Notes under the pieces: generated by a model
What the model saw: only the letters and a program-made list of their open reading frames with translations
Databases searched by the model: none
What the model was told of the DNA's origin: nothing
Translations under genes and position numbers: made by a program
Shown: piece by piece, positions 1-8,593 of the stretch
How positions within the stretch are numbered: the first letter of the stretch is position 1
Layout of the letters: every line of letters starts with the position of its first letter
Assembly (NCBI GenBank): GCA_040377305.1
Contig: JBEIPA010000016.1
Coordinates: forward strand, 53,414 to 117,413
Source of the DNA: Flavobacteriales bacterium
GTDB taxonomy: Bacteria > Bacteroidota > Bacteroidia > Palsa-965
Reading direction: 5' to 3'
DNA: 64,000 bases

Positions 1-247
1 CCAAAACAGTTGGCAGTTTCGGATCAATAATTTTCTCAGCATACACAACGGGGTGTCCTTCCGTCGCAATGATCTCCGCATGATCTGCACCGGCAGCTGT
101 CAACGAAGCCTTCACTGCATCAGCCGTGCGGGCTACATCATCTTTATATTTTGGATCCGCACTCACGGAAGGAATTCTCAGAAGTGCGAAAAGTTCGTCG
201 AGGAATCGTTGTTTGTTCTGTTCGATGTACTGTTTGTGTGCGCTCAT
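1..247 (-). CDS. M20 family dipeptidase (ArgE/DapE-like), 5' part only; runs off the window
   Basis: Not in the ORF track. Manual translation from ATG at 247 gives MSAHKQYIEQNKQRFLDELFALLRIPSVSADPKYKDDV...GHPVVYAEKIIDPKLPTVL, the typical N-terminus of Bacteroidota M20 dipeptidases. Confidence 0.85.
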   Translation of the reverse strand, partial: MSAHKQYIEQNKQRFLDELFALLRIPSVSADPKYKDDVARTADAVKASLTAAGADHAEIIATEGHPVVYAEKIIDPKLPTVL

Positions 248-446
248 ATTGATTGATTTTAAGCCCATTTTGCGAGCCGAGGACGAAAATGGGGTAAAAT
301 TCCGTCTGTTGCACGGTATCATTCCCATTTTTTCGCTCATCAATCAAAACACCATGGAAAAGTTGAAATTCAGGGTATAAAAGGTTATTTTTGAGGCTAA
401 GCAAACCGTGCATTCCAATCTCCCCGGAATGTTAATTTACAATACA

Positions 447-2333
447 ATGACAAAAAAGCTATTCAGTCTGGCGACAACCTGCATGTTGGTTGGTGGAATT
501 TTTATTTCAAACCAATCGCACGCGCAGATCGCTACAACAACAACATTAACACCTCAGCAGCTCGTAACGAACGTGTTGTTAGGACCTGGGGTTATTGCTT
601 CGAACATCGTGTACACAGGAGCGCCCGATGCAATTGGTTTTTTCAACGGTGGTATGACCGGAATCACTCCGTTGAACATTGACAGCGGTGTTGTAATGAC
701 GACCGGAACTGTACTCAACAACGGTAATGGTCCGCAAGGCCCGAATATTTCTACAGGAGCCGGAACAGATAATCTTCAGCCAGGTGATGCGTACCTCACA
801 TCCATTGCAGGTGCAAACACATTCAACGCTGCAATTCTCGAGTTCGACTTTATTCCAATGGCCGATTCCGTGAAATTCCGTTACGTTTTCGGAACAGACG
901 AGTACATGGAATACGTTTCCGGTGGATTCGCCGACGTGTTCGCATTCGTATTGAGTGGAGTATCGGTTCCTCTTGCTCCAACCAATATTGCACTCATTCC
1001 ATCAACTACAAATCCCGTGACGGCATTAACAGTAAATGCGAATAATAACCCGCAATATTATGTAGACAATGAAAATCCTCCCGGAACCTGCGTTCAGTAT
1101 GATGGATTTACTGTTGTCCTCACAGCGCAATATCCGGTTCAATGCGGAGAAACATATCACATTCGCCTTGCGATTGCAGATGCACTCGACGGAATTGTTG
1201 ACGCTGGTGTATTTCTCGAAGCAGGTTCGTTTACCACAGGACAAGTGAATCTTGCAACCGAAATCAGCTATGGAAGCAACAATGATTCTACTTTGTACGA
1301 AGGTTGCGGACAGGCATGCATCATTCTTGCACGCACTGGAAGCACGGCACAAACAGACACAATTTCATTGACGATTTCAGGAACTGCAGTTAACGGTGTT
1401 GATTACGTTCCAACTCTTCCATCCACTGTAATTTTCCAGCCTGGACAAGATTCAATTGTAATCTGCATCTCGGCTGTTCAGGACGGAAATCCGGAAGGGT
1501 TAGAAACACTGATTATTAACTCATCTGCTCAAGGACCCTGCGTGCAAAGTGTAACAAGCCTTACACTTTACATTAGTGATTTCCTTCCGCTCGTTGCGTA
1601 TGCAGGGCCAGACACTGCAATGTGCGATCCGAATCCTGTGACCCTCGGTGGACCGGCAACGGGTGGTGTTGAACCTTATTCGTACTTATGGAATACGGGC
1701 GCTACAACATCGCAGATCACGGTACAGCCAACGGTAACTACAACTTATTATGTTCAGGTTAGTGATCCGTGCGGTTCTCCAATCGGCATTGATTCTGTAA
1801 CTGTTTATCTCCCGAGCGCGAACGCACTTCAGGCGATTGTATCAAACGATCTTGAAATTTGCGATGGTGATGAAGTTCTTATGACTGTAAGCCCATCTGG
1901 CGGATCACTACCTTACACCATTCAATGGTTAACTGCCGTAGGTCCTGACTCAGTGCCAAATCCGAATTCTACGCTCAACATTTTCACACCAACTGCAAAT
2001 GGAACATTTGTAATTATGGTGCAGGAAGGTTGTGGAGATATCGTAATGGATACAATTACTGTGATTATGAACGATTGCGCTGTTATTCCTCCGAACGTAT
2101 TTACACCGGGAAGTGATGGCGTAAACGACTTACTTGTATTCGACGGCCTCGATGATTACCCGAACAGCTCACTGTACATTTATAACCGTTGGGGTAATAA
2201 AATTTACGAGGACATGAACTACCAGAACAACTGGAATGGAAATCAGGTTGTAGACGGTACCTATTATTACATTCTTACATTGAACGACGGGCGCAGCTTG
2301 ACTGGATTCGTCACAATCATCAACGGAAAATAA
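447..2333 (+). CDS. T9SS type-B CTD surface protein with N-terminal choice-of-anchor L domain and a Calx-beta-like segment
   Basis: Signal peptide from MTKKLF (ATG 447); ILEFDFIP...FRYVFGTDEY...QYDGFT...DAGVFLEAGSF motifs; C-terminal PNVFTPGSDGVND...IYNRWG...GFVTI (CHU_C). Confidence 0.85.
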   Translation: MTKKLFSLATTCMLVGGIFISNQSHAQIATTTTLTPQQLVTNVLLGPGVIASNIVYTGAPDAIGFFNGGMTGITPLNIDSGVVMTTGTVLNNGNGPQGPNISTGAGTDNLQPGDAYLTSIAGANTFNAAILEFDFIPMADSVKFRYVFGTDEYMEYVSGGFADVFAFVLSGVSVPLAPTNIALIPSTTNPVTALTVNANNNPQYYVDNENPPGTCVQYDGFTVVLTAQYPVQCGETYHIRLAIADALDGIVDAGVFLEAGSFTTGQVNLATEISYGSNNDSTLYEGCGQACIILARTGSTAQTDTISLTISGTAVNGVDYVPTLPSTVIFQPGQDSIVICISAVQDGNPEGLETLIINSSAQGPCVQSVTSLTLYISDFLPLVAYAGPDTAMCDPNPVTLGGPATGGVEPYSYLWNTGATTSQITVQPTVTTTYYVQVSDPCGSPIGIDSVTVYLPSANALQAIVSNDLEICDGDEVLMTVSPSGGSLPYTIQWLTAVGPDSVPNPNSTLNIFTPTANGTFVIMVQEGCGDIVMDTITVIMNDCAVIPPNVFTPGSDGVNDLLVFDGLDDYPNSSLYIYNRWGNKIYEDMNYQNNWNGNQVVDGTYYYILTLNDGRSLTGFVTIINGK

Positions 2334-2341
2334 CCCTTTAC

Positions 2342-2373
2342 CTCCCGACTCAGGAAGCTGATAAAGTCGGGAG
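2342..2373 (+). promoter_or_regulatory. Intergenic hairpin (CTCCCGACT...AGTCGGGAG) between two tandem T9SS cargo genes
   Basis: 9-bp perfect stem with no clear U-tract; possible mRNA stabilising or processing element. Confidence 0.4.
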
Positions 2374-2405
2374 CCCCACATCCCCAACGTGAGGCTCGAA
2401 AGTAA

Positions 2406-4559
2406 ATGAAGAAAATTAGTCGCCTTGTTGTGTTATTCTCGCTGCTGATCTGCAGTGGGACTCTCCGCGCTACACATATTGTGGGTGGTGAAATTTATTA
2501 TGATTGTTTGGGCAACAACGACTATCGGATAACACTGAAACTGTATCGCGATTGTATAAACGGAGTTGCCGCTTATGACAACCCTGCTTCCATCGGAATA
2601 TTCAATACGGCTGGTGTTTTATTAAATAGCATCGGACTTCCGTTTCCCGGTTCAAACTTTGTTCCGCCTACAATCAACAGTCCTTGTTACACACCTCCGC
2701 AAAACGTGTGTGTGGAAGAAGCAATTTATCAGGGCGTTGTAAATCTGCCACCAATTGCAGGAGGGTATGTTATATCCTATCAACGCTGTTGCAGAAACAA
2801 TACCATCCTGAATCTGATTAATCCAGGCGGAGTTGGATCGACTTATACAATCAATATTCCTCCAACAAACCTTGCTGTGTGTAACAGCAGTGCGCGTTAC
2901 AACAACTTCCCTCCGATTTATTTGTGCGAAGGTGCGCCACTTGTGTTCGACCACTCAGCAACCGATCCGGATGGAGATTCACTCGTGTACGAATTGTGCG
3001 ATCCTTTTGATGGAGCAAGCGCGGCTGTTCCGCAACCAGTTCCGCCTGCAGGACCTCCGTATGCATTCGTGCCGTTTGCACCACCATACAGCGGAGCTAA
3101 TCCGATGAGCGCGAATCCAGCTATGGCAATTGATCCGGTAACAGGATTACTCACGGGCACTCCAAACTTGTCAGGACAATGGGTTGTTGGTGTATGTTGC
3201 AAAGAATATCGCAACGGACAATTGATTTGTGTGAACAAACGCGACTTCCAGTTCAACGTACTTCCGTGTCCGTTGCTCACAGTGAGTTCTATTCCGAATC
3301 AAACGGTTTTCTGTGCAGGTTACACGGTGCAGTTTCAGAACAACAGCTTCAACGCCTCCAGTTACCTGTGGAATTTTGGTGATCCAACTACATTTGGTGA
3401 TACATCGAATGCGTTCCAGCCAATGTGGACTTTTGCCGATACCGGTGTTTACACGGTTACACTCATCTGCAATCCAAACACGTTGTGTGCTGACACCAAT
3501 ACTTCTGTGTTCGAAATCTATCCGCCTGTTCAACCAAACTTTCTTACTCCAGCCGGACAATGTGTAGACGGCAACAGCTTCGACTTTTTCATTGGCGGAC
3601 AGTTCATGGGCAGTGGTACTACTACGTGGACGTTCGGCGCAAATGCAAATCCGCAAAACTCAACGGTCAATGATCCGCAAGACATTGTTTGGAATTCACC
3701 AGGAAATTATCCTGTTACTGTTCAGGTTGATGAGAACGGTTGCACCGGAATATTCACAGACACAGTGATCGTTTATCCAATGCCGACTGCAGATTTCAAC
3801 ACGGGTCCATTCGTTGGATGTCAGCCTTTCTACGTGCAGTTTGAGGACAGCTCCATTGCAGGAACTCAATTGTATTACCATTGGGATTTTGGTGATGGCG
3901 ATACATCAAATCATCCGGATCCGTTTCACATTTATCCGAACGTGGGTGTTTATGATGTAACGTTGATTATCTGGACAACGAATGGTTGCATTTCCATTGA
4001 TACGATTACGGTTCCCGGTGCAGTAACTGTCAATCCAACACCGGTTGCAAGCTTCGGAGTTTCTGATACATCTGTTTCGATTTTCACCCCGTTCATTACG
4101 GTTTCTGATTCGAGTTTCGGTGCCGATTCCTGCTGGCTCGATTTCGGTGATGGTTACTGGACGAACGACTGTAACGCGAGTCACACGTATTGGGCGTACG
4201 GCGATTACACGATCACACAAATTGTAGTGAATGAATTCGGTTGTCCCGACACAGCTTACATCCAAGTGGAAGTAACACCTGAACATCGTTTCTTCACTCC
4301 AAATACATTTACTCCAAATGGCGATGGACTCAACGATGTGTTCATGCCTGCGATAATGGGTGCTGAACAATATCATTTCATGATCTTCGATCGCTGGGGC
4401 ATGCTCATCTTCGAAACCTACGATATCTACACGGGATGGGATGGACGTTTCAAAGGCAACAAATGTCAGATCGACGTTTACGTCTGGAAAGTTGATTACC
4501 TCGATGTAGAACACATGGAAAGTGTGTCTGTAATGGGGCATGTTAACCTTATTCGCTAG
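2406..4559 (+). CDS. PKD-repeat protein with T9SS type-B (gliding motility-associated) C-terminal domain
   Basis: Signal peptide then ATHIVGGEIYY; several W(N/D)FGD PKD motifs; C-terminal PNTFTPNGDGLND...IFDRWG...GHVNLIR. Confidence 0.88.
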   Translation: MKKISRLVVLFSLLICSGTLRATHIVGGEIYYDCLGNNDYRITLKLYRDCINGVAAYDNPASIGIFNTAGVLLNSIGLPFPGSNFVPPTINSPCYTPPQNVCVEEAIYQGVVNLPPIAGGYVISYQRCCRNNTILNLINPGGVGSTYTINIPPTNLAVCNSSARYNNFPPIYLCEGAPLVFDHSATDPDGDSLVYELCDPFDGASAAVPQPVPPAGPPYAFVPFAPPYSGANPMSANPAMAIDPVTGLLTGTPNLSGQWVVGVCCKEYRNGQLICVNKRDFQFNVLPCPLLTVSSIPNQTVFCAGYTVQFQNNSFNASSYLWNFGDPTTFGDTSNAFQPMWTFADTGVYTVTLICNPNTLCADTNTSVFEIYPPVQPNFLTPAGQCVDGNSFDFFIGGQFMGSGTTTWTFGANANPQNSTVNDPQDIVWNSPGNYPVTVQVDENGCTGIFTDTVIVYPMPTADFNTGPFVGCQPFYVQFEDSSIAGTQLYYHWDFGDGDTSNHPDPFHIYPNVGVYDVTLIIWTTNGCISIDTITVPGAVTVNPTPVASFGVSDTSVSIFTPFITVSDSSFGADSCWLDFGDGYWTNDCNASHTYWAYGDYTITQIVVNEFGCPDTAYIQVEVTPEHRFFTPNTFTPNGDGLNDVFMPAIMGAEQYHFMIFDRWGMLIFETYDIYTGWDGRFKGNKCQIDVYVWKVDYLDVEHMESVSVMGHVNLIR

Positions 4560-4566
4560 CCTCGTT

Positions 4567-4776
4567 TGCCTGCGGCGCTTACCACGGCGACGCGGCGTTA
4601 CGGAGAAAAAAATCTACCGCGTTAATAAATGCCCATGGCCCAACCGGCGGTCACGCAGAATGTGATGTCGGGATCCTAATCCCGTCAATGATTTACGCCG
4701 TGACCGCCGGTTGAGTTTAGAACAAGAAACACTTTTCCGCCGTTTCTCCGCGTCGCCGTGGTAAGCGTCGCAGACA
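4567..4776. repeat. Nested palindromic element (~210 bp), MITE-like or structured RNA
   Basis: Outer IR 4567-4595/4748-4776 (27/29), inner perfect 15-bp IR 4641-4655/4699-4713, innermost CGGGAT/ATCCCG 4669-4684. Confidence 0.8.
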
Positions 4777-4781
4777 GCCAT

Positions 4782-4789
4782 TATATTTG
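4782..4789 (+). promoter_or_regulatory. Bacteroidota -7 promoter box TATATTTG
   Basis: Matches TAnnTTTG, 4 nt before ATG 4794. Confidence 0.7.
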
Positions 4790-4793
4790 TAAC

Positions 4794-5120
4794 ATGAGCG
4801 ATCAGGTTTTCGATAAACACATTTTCATTTGCACCAACCAACGCGGAGAAGGTGCTGCACGTCGTAGTTGCGGAGAAGCTCATGGCATGAGTATCGTTGA
4901 CGAATTTCGTCGCATACTCAAAGAGAAAAAATTACCGATGCGAATTCGCGCGCAGAAATCCGGATGTTTGGACATTTGCGATTTCGGTCAGACTGTTGCA
5001 GTATATCCGGAAGGAATATTTTACGTTGGAGTTCAGCTGAGCGATGTGCCGGAAATTATTGATGAGCACATTGTGAATAATCGTCCGGTGGAGCGGTTGC
5101 GATTCAGAAGGCGTGCATGA
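4794..5120 (+). CDS. Thioredoxin-like (2Fe-2S) ferredoxin
   Basis: HIFICTNQR...SCG...RAQKSGCLDIC..G.TVAVYPEGIFY...I.EHI pattern with four Cys ligands; start moved to ATG 4794. Confidence 0.9.
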   Translation: MSDQVFDKHIFICTNQRGEGAARRSCGEAHGMSIVDEFRRILKEKKLPMRIRAQKSGCLDICDFGQTVAVYPEGIFYVGVQLSDVPEIIDEHIVNNRPVERLRFRRRA

Positions 5121-5320
5121 TTGGAATGCGGATTTTTATGCACGTGAGCTGTTGGTGTTCCCTTCGTATCATTCTTGTAAATTTCGAATCCGGTATTTGT
5201 ATCTTATGAGATAGATTTGTTAAGCATATCTCATAAAATCGGATTCACAACCTTAACAAGCACAACAATCATCTGGTTTAAGTAGATAGAAAACATCGAA
5301 CATAGAAATCCGCGTTCCAA
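5121..5320. repeat. Nested palindromic element filling the entire 200-bp intergenic gap
   Basis: Outer IR 5121-5140/5301-5320 (18/20), GAATCCG/CGGATTC 5186-5192/5240-5246, perfect TTATGAGATA/TATCTCATAA 5204-5213/5227-5236. Confidence 0.78.
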
Positions 5321-5680
5321 TTGAATCTCCCCAATCACGCTCCTTCCTCGCTTCACGAAACAGACGTCATCAAACAACTGCTTCCTTCCGCTATTCAAAT
5401 TCTCCAAAATGATTTTCTGCTTAGCGGTCTGGAATGTTCCCTCGACAATTTTCAAGGCGATGTATTTCTCCTTCGCGATTCAATAGTTCCATGCGTTAAC
5501 CGAACAGGAGGGCCGGGTTCAGAAGCGTTTTATCGTTTGCTCTATCGGGTCGATATTCCTGAAACAAAAGTGGCCGAAGCCCTAAGTACCGAAGGAAACA
5601 CCCCGGTTGCTGTAATTATCAGCGAATTGCTGGTAATCAGGGCGCTACAGAAAGCCTATTACCGGTTAAAGTTCGGTTGA
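5321..5680 (+). CDS. Conserved Bacteroidota hypothetical protein
   Basis: LLYRVDIPE...LVIRALQKAYYR resembles a small conserved family; TTG start uncertain. Confidence 0.65.
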   Translation: MNLPNHAPSSLHETDVIKQLLPSAIQILQNDFLLSGLECSLDNFQGDVFLLRDSIVPCVNRTGGPGSEAFYRLLYRVDIPETKVAEALSTEGNTPVAVIISELLVIRALQKAYYRLKFG

Positions 5681-5722
5681 TTTCGGTACGTCTCACCAAT
5701 GAACTGACACCACAGAAACACG

Positions 5723-5730
5723 TAACTTTG
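5723..5730 (+). promoter_or_regulatory. -7 promoter box TAACTTTG for sucAB
   Basis: Consensus match about 60 nt upstream of the sucA start. Confidence 0.65.
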
Positions 5731-5792
5731 CACTGCTGTTAGGTCTGATACATAAATCGTATCAGTCACAGACCTTACAACACTGTGTAGCA

Positions 5793-8528
5793 ATGGACAA
5801 TCTAGATTTCCTAAGTGGAGCCGATCCTGAATCATTAGACGAACTTTATCGCCGGTTTAAAGCAGACAAGAATTCAGTAGACGAAAGCTGGCGGCATTTC
5901 TTTCAGGGCTTCGCATTCGCAAGAAGAAATTACTCCGACTCCGACGGAATTCCTGAACGGGTTAGGAAAGAATTTAACGTGATCAATCTGATCAACGGTT
6001 ATCGTTCGCGTGGACACTTGTTCACGAGAACGAATCCTGTTCGTGAGCGCAGAAAATATAATCCGAATCTCGCGATCGAAAATTTCGGTTTGGAGAAATC
6101 AGATCTTGAAGAAACATTTCAGGCTGGAACACAAATCGGAATTGGTCCGGCAACGTTGAAAAATATCGTTGCGCATCTGGAACAAACGTATTGTCGTTCT
6201 ATTGGTGCGGAGTATATGTTTGTCCGCGATCCGCAGAAGCTGAAATGGCTACAGGAGCGTATGGAGAAGAGCCGTAACGCGCCTTCATTCAGCAAGCAGG
6301 AGAAAAAAGATATCCTGGAGAAGCTTACGCAGGCCGTACTATTCGAAAGCTTTCTTCACACCAAATTCGTTGGACAAAAACGTTTCTCATTGGAAGGAAT
6401 GGAAACGTTGATTCCTGCAATGAACACCTTGATTTGTCATGGTGCGACTGTTGGCATTAGCGATTACGTGATCGGAATGGCTCACCGCGGGCGATTAAAC
6501 GTTCTCGCGAACATCATGAATAAGTCGTACCGCGATTTGTTCGTGGAGTTTGAAGGCGCGCCCACCGACGATGCCTTGTACGATGGCGATGTGAAATATC
6601 ACATGGGCTTCAGTTCTGATCGTACACTGGAAAATGGAAATAAAGTTCACATCAGCCTTACAGCAAATCCTTCTCACCTTGAAGCCGTTGCTCCGGTTGT
6701 AGAAGGCATTACGCGTTCGAAAATTGATCACGTACATGGAGGGAAAATGAGTGCCGCTTGTCCGATCATCATTCATGGTGATGCCGCAATTGCCGGACAA
6801 GGGGTTGTTTACGAAGTGATACAGATGATGAAGCTGGATGCTTATCAAACCGGTGGTACTGTACACATCGTAACGAACAACCAGGTTGGATTCACCACGA
6901 ATTATCTGGATGCGCGTTCATCAACGTATTGCACCGATGTGGCGAAAGTTGTTCTGTCTCCTGTATTCCACGTAAACGGTGACGATGTAGAAGCGGTGAC
7001 GTTCGCAATTAAAATGGCACTCGATTACCGTCAGGAATTTGGTCGCGATGTATTTATCGATCTTCTTGGTTATCGCAAATACGGACACAATGAAGGAGAT
7101 GAACCACGCTTCACTCAGCCTGTGTTGTACAAAGAAATTGCAAAGCATCCGAACCCACGTTCAGTGTATGTGGAGCAACTAATAGAGGATGGCATTATCA
7201 CCGCTGAAGAAGCGAAAGCCAGTGAAGTGGAATTTAAATCTTTGCTCGAACAGGAATTAGATACTGCGCGCAAAGAAGGAAAAACGAAAATTACTTCTCA
7301 CCTCGAAGGACCTTGGAAAGGATTACGTCGTTCGGTGAGCAAAGATTTTGCTTCTTCGCCTGAGACCGGAACGAACAAGAAAGTTACGCTCGAGCTTGCC
7401 AGAAAGATCAGCACGTTGCCGCCTGAAATGAAGTTCTTCAGTAAAGTCGGAAACATTTTCAAAGATCGCCTGGCGATGATTGAAAAGGATTCGTTCGACT
7501 GGGCAATGGGAGAATTGCTTGCCTATGCAACTTTGCTCAATGAAGGTTTTCCGATTCGTTTTTCCGGACAAGACGTTGAACGCGGAACATTCTCACATCG
7601 TCACGCTGTTGTAAAGATTGATGAATCAGAGCAGGAATATGTTCCGCTCAATCATCTTTCAGATAAACAGGCGAAGTTTGAAATTTACAACTCCCATCTT
7701 TCAGAATACGCAGTTCTCGGATTCGAGCTCGGTTACGCAATGGGTACTCCTCGCGGACTCACCATTTGGGAAGCACAGTTCGGAGATTTCTTCAATGGCG
7801 CTCAGATTATCATTGACCAGTTCCTCACCAGCGCCGAATACAAATGGCGTCGCATGTGCGGACTCGTCATGTTGTTGCCTCATGGATACGAAGGGCAAGG
7901 ACCGGAACACTCCAGTGCCCGCCTCGAACGTTTTCTTCAGCAATGTGCAGAAGACAATATGCAGATTGTGAATGCAACAACACCGGCACAGCAATTCCAC
8001 GTACTCCGTCGTCAGCTTCACCGCGATTTCAGAAAGCCGTTGATTTGCTTCACTCCTAAAAAACTCCTTCGCTATTCAACTTGCGTATCGAAGATGGAAG
8101 ATTTCACCGATGGAAAATTTGAAGAAGTACTTGATGATACTTCCATCAAACCGGAGAAAGTGAAAAAGCTCGTCTTCTGTTCCGGGAAAATCTATTACGA
8201 TCTGATCGAACATCGCGAGAAACTCAAGAATACAGATACGGCAATAGTTCGTATCGAACAGCTTTATCCGATTCCTTACAACCAATTGGTGTCCATCATT
8301 TCCAGATATACCAACGTCAAAGAATACGTTTGGGCGCAGGAAGAACCGGAAAATATGGGTGCATGGAGCTTCATGAACAGAAAATTCAAAACTCCTACTC
8401 CACTCATTTACGTAGGACGTGATGAAGCTGCAAGTCCCGCTACCGGATTTGCTAAAATGCACAATGCAGAAACGTATGCCATCATGGACGCAGTGTTCAT
8501 GCCTGTACTAAAAGATCAAAAAGTATAA
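5793..8528 (+). CDS. sucA: 2-oxoglutarate dehydrogenase E1
   Basis: KRFSLEG, GMAHRGRLNVL, GDVKYHMG, HGDAAIAGQG, WEAQFGDF, PHGYEGQGPEHSSARLERFLQ. Confidence 0.98.
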   Translation: MDNLDFLSGADPESLDELYRRFKADKNSVDESWRHFFQGFAFARRNYSDSDGIPERVRKEFNVINLINGYRSRGHLFTRTNPVRERRKYNPNLAIENFGLEKSDLEETFQAGTQIGIGPATLKNIVAHLEQTYCRSIGAEYMFVRDPQKLKWLQERMEKSRNAPSFSKQEKKDILEKLTQAVLFESFLHTKFVGQKRFSLEGMETLIPAMNTLICHGATVGISDYVIGMAHRGRLNVLANIMNKSYRDLFVEFEGAPTDDALYDGDVKYHMGFSSDRTLENGNKVHISLTANPSHLEAVAPVVEGITRSKIDHVHGGKMSAACPIIIHGDAAIAGQGVVYEVIQMMKLDAYQTGGTVHIVTNNQVGFTTNYLDARSSTYCTDVAKVVLSPVFHVNGDDVEAVTFAIKMALDYRQEFGRDVFIDLLGYRKYGHNEGDEPRFTQPVLYKEIAKHPNPRSVYVEQLIEDGIITAEEAKASEVEFKSLLEQELDTARKEGKTKITSHLEGPWKGLRRSVSKDFASSPETGTNKKVTLELARKISTLPPEMKFFSKVGNIFKDRLAMIEKDSFDWAMGELLAYATLLNEGFPIRFSGQDVERGTFSHRHAVVKIDESEQEYVPLNHLSDKQAKFEIYNSHLSEYAVLGFELGYAMGTPRGLTIWEAQFGDFFNGAQIIIDQFLTSAEYKWRRMCGLVMLLPHGYEGQGPEHSSARLERFLQQCAEDNMQIVNATTPAQQFHVLRRQLHRDFRKPLICFTPKKLLRYSTCVSKMEDFTDGKFEEVLDDTSIKPEKVKKLVFCSGKIYYDLIEHREKLKNTDTAIVRIEQLYPIPYNQLVSIISRYTNVKEYVWAQEEPENMGAWSFMNRKFKTPTPLIYVGRDEAASPATGFAKMHNAETYAIMDAVFMPVLKDQKV

Positions 8529-8537
8529 TTTACATTC

Positions 8538-8587
8538 TATGATGTACGACGCATGCAGATCGTAAATCGTAAATGACAAATCGTAAT
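8538..8587. repeat. Degenerate heptamer (ATCGTAA) tandem repeat with a weak complementary arm
   Basis: ATCGTAA ATCGTAA ATGACAA ATCGTAA preceded by TATGATGTACGA. Confidence 0.55.
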
Positions 8588-8593
8588 TGACCT

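Noticed and set aside
4614-4883. 89-aa minus-strand ORF and the GTG 4758 start of the ferredoxin
   Set aside because: Both arise from the palindromic element; the ferredoxin start at 4794 fits the promoter and the family N-terminus
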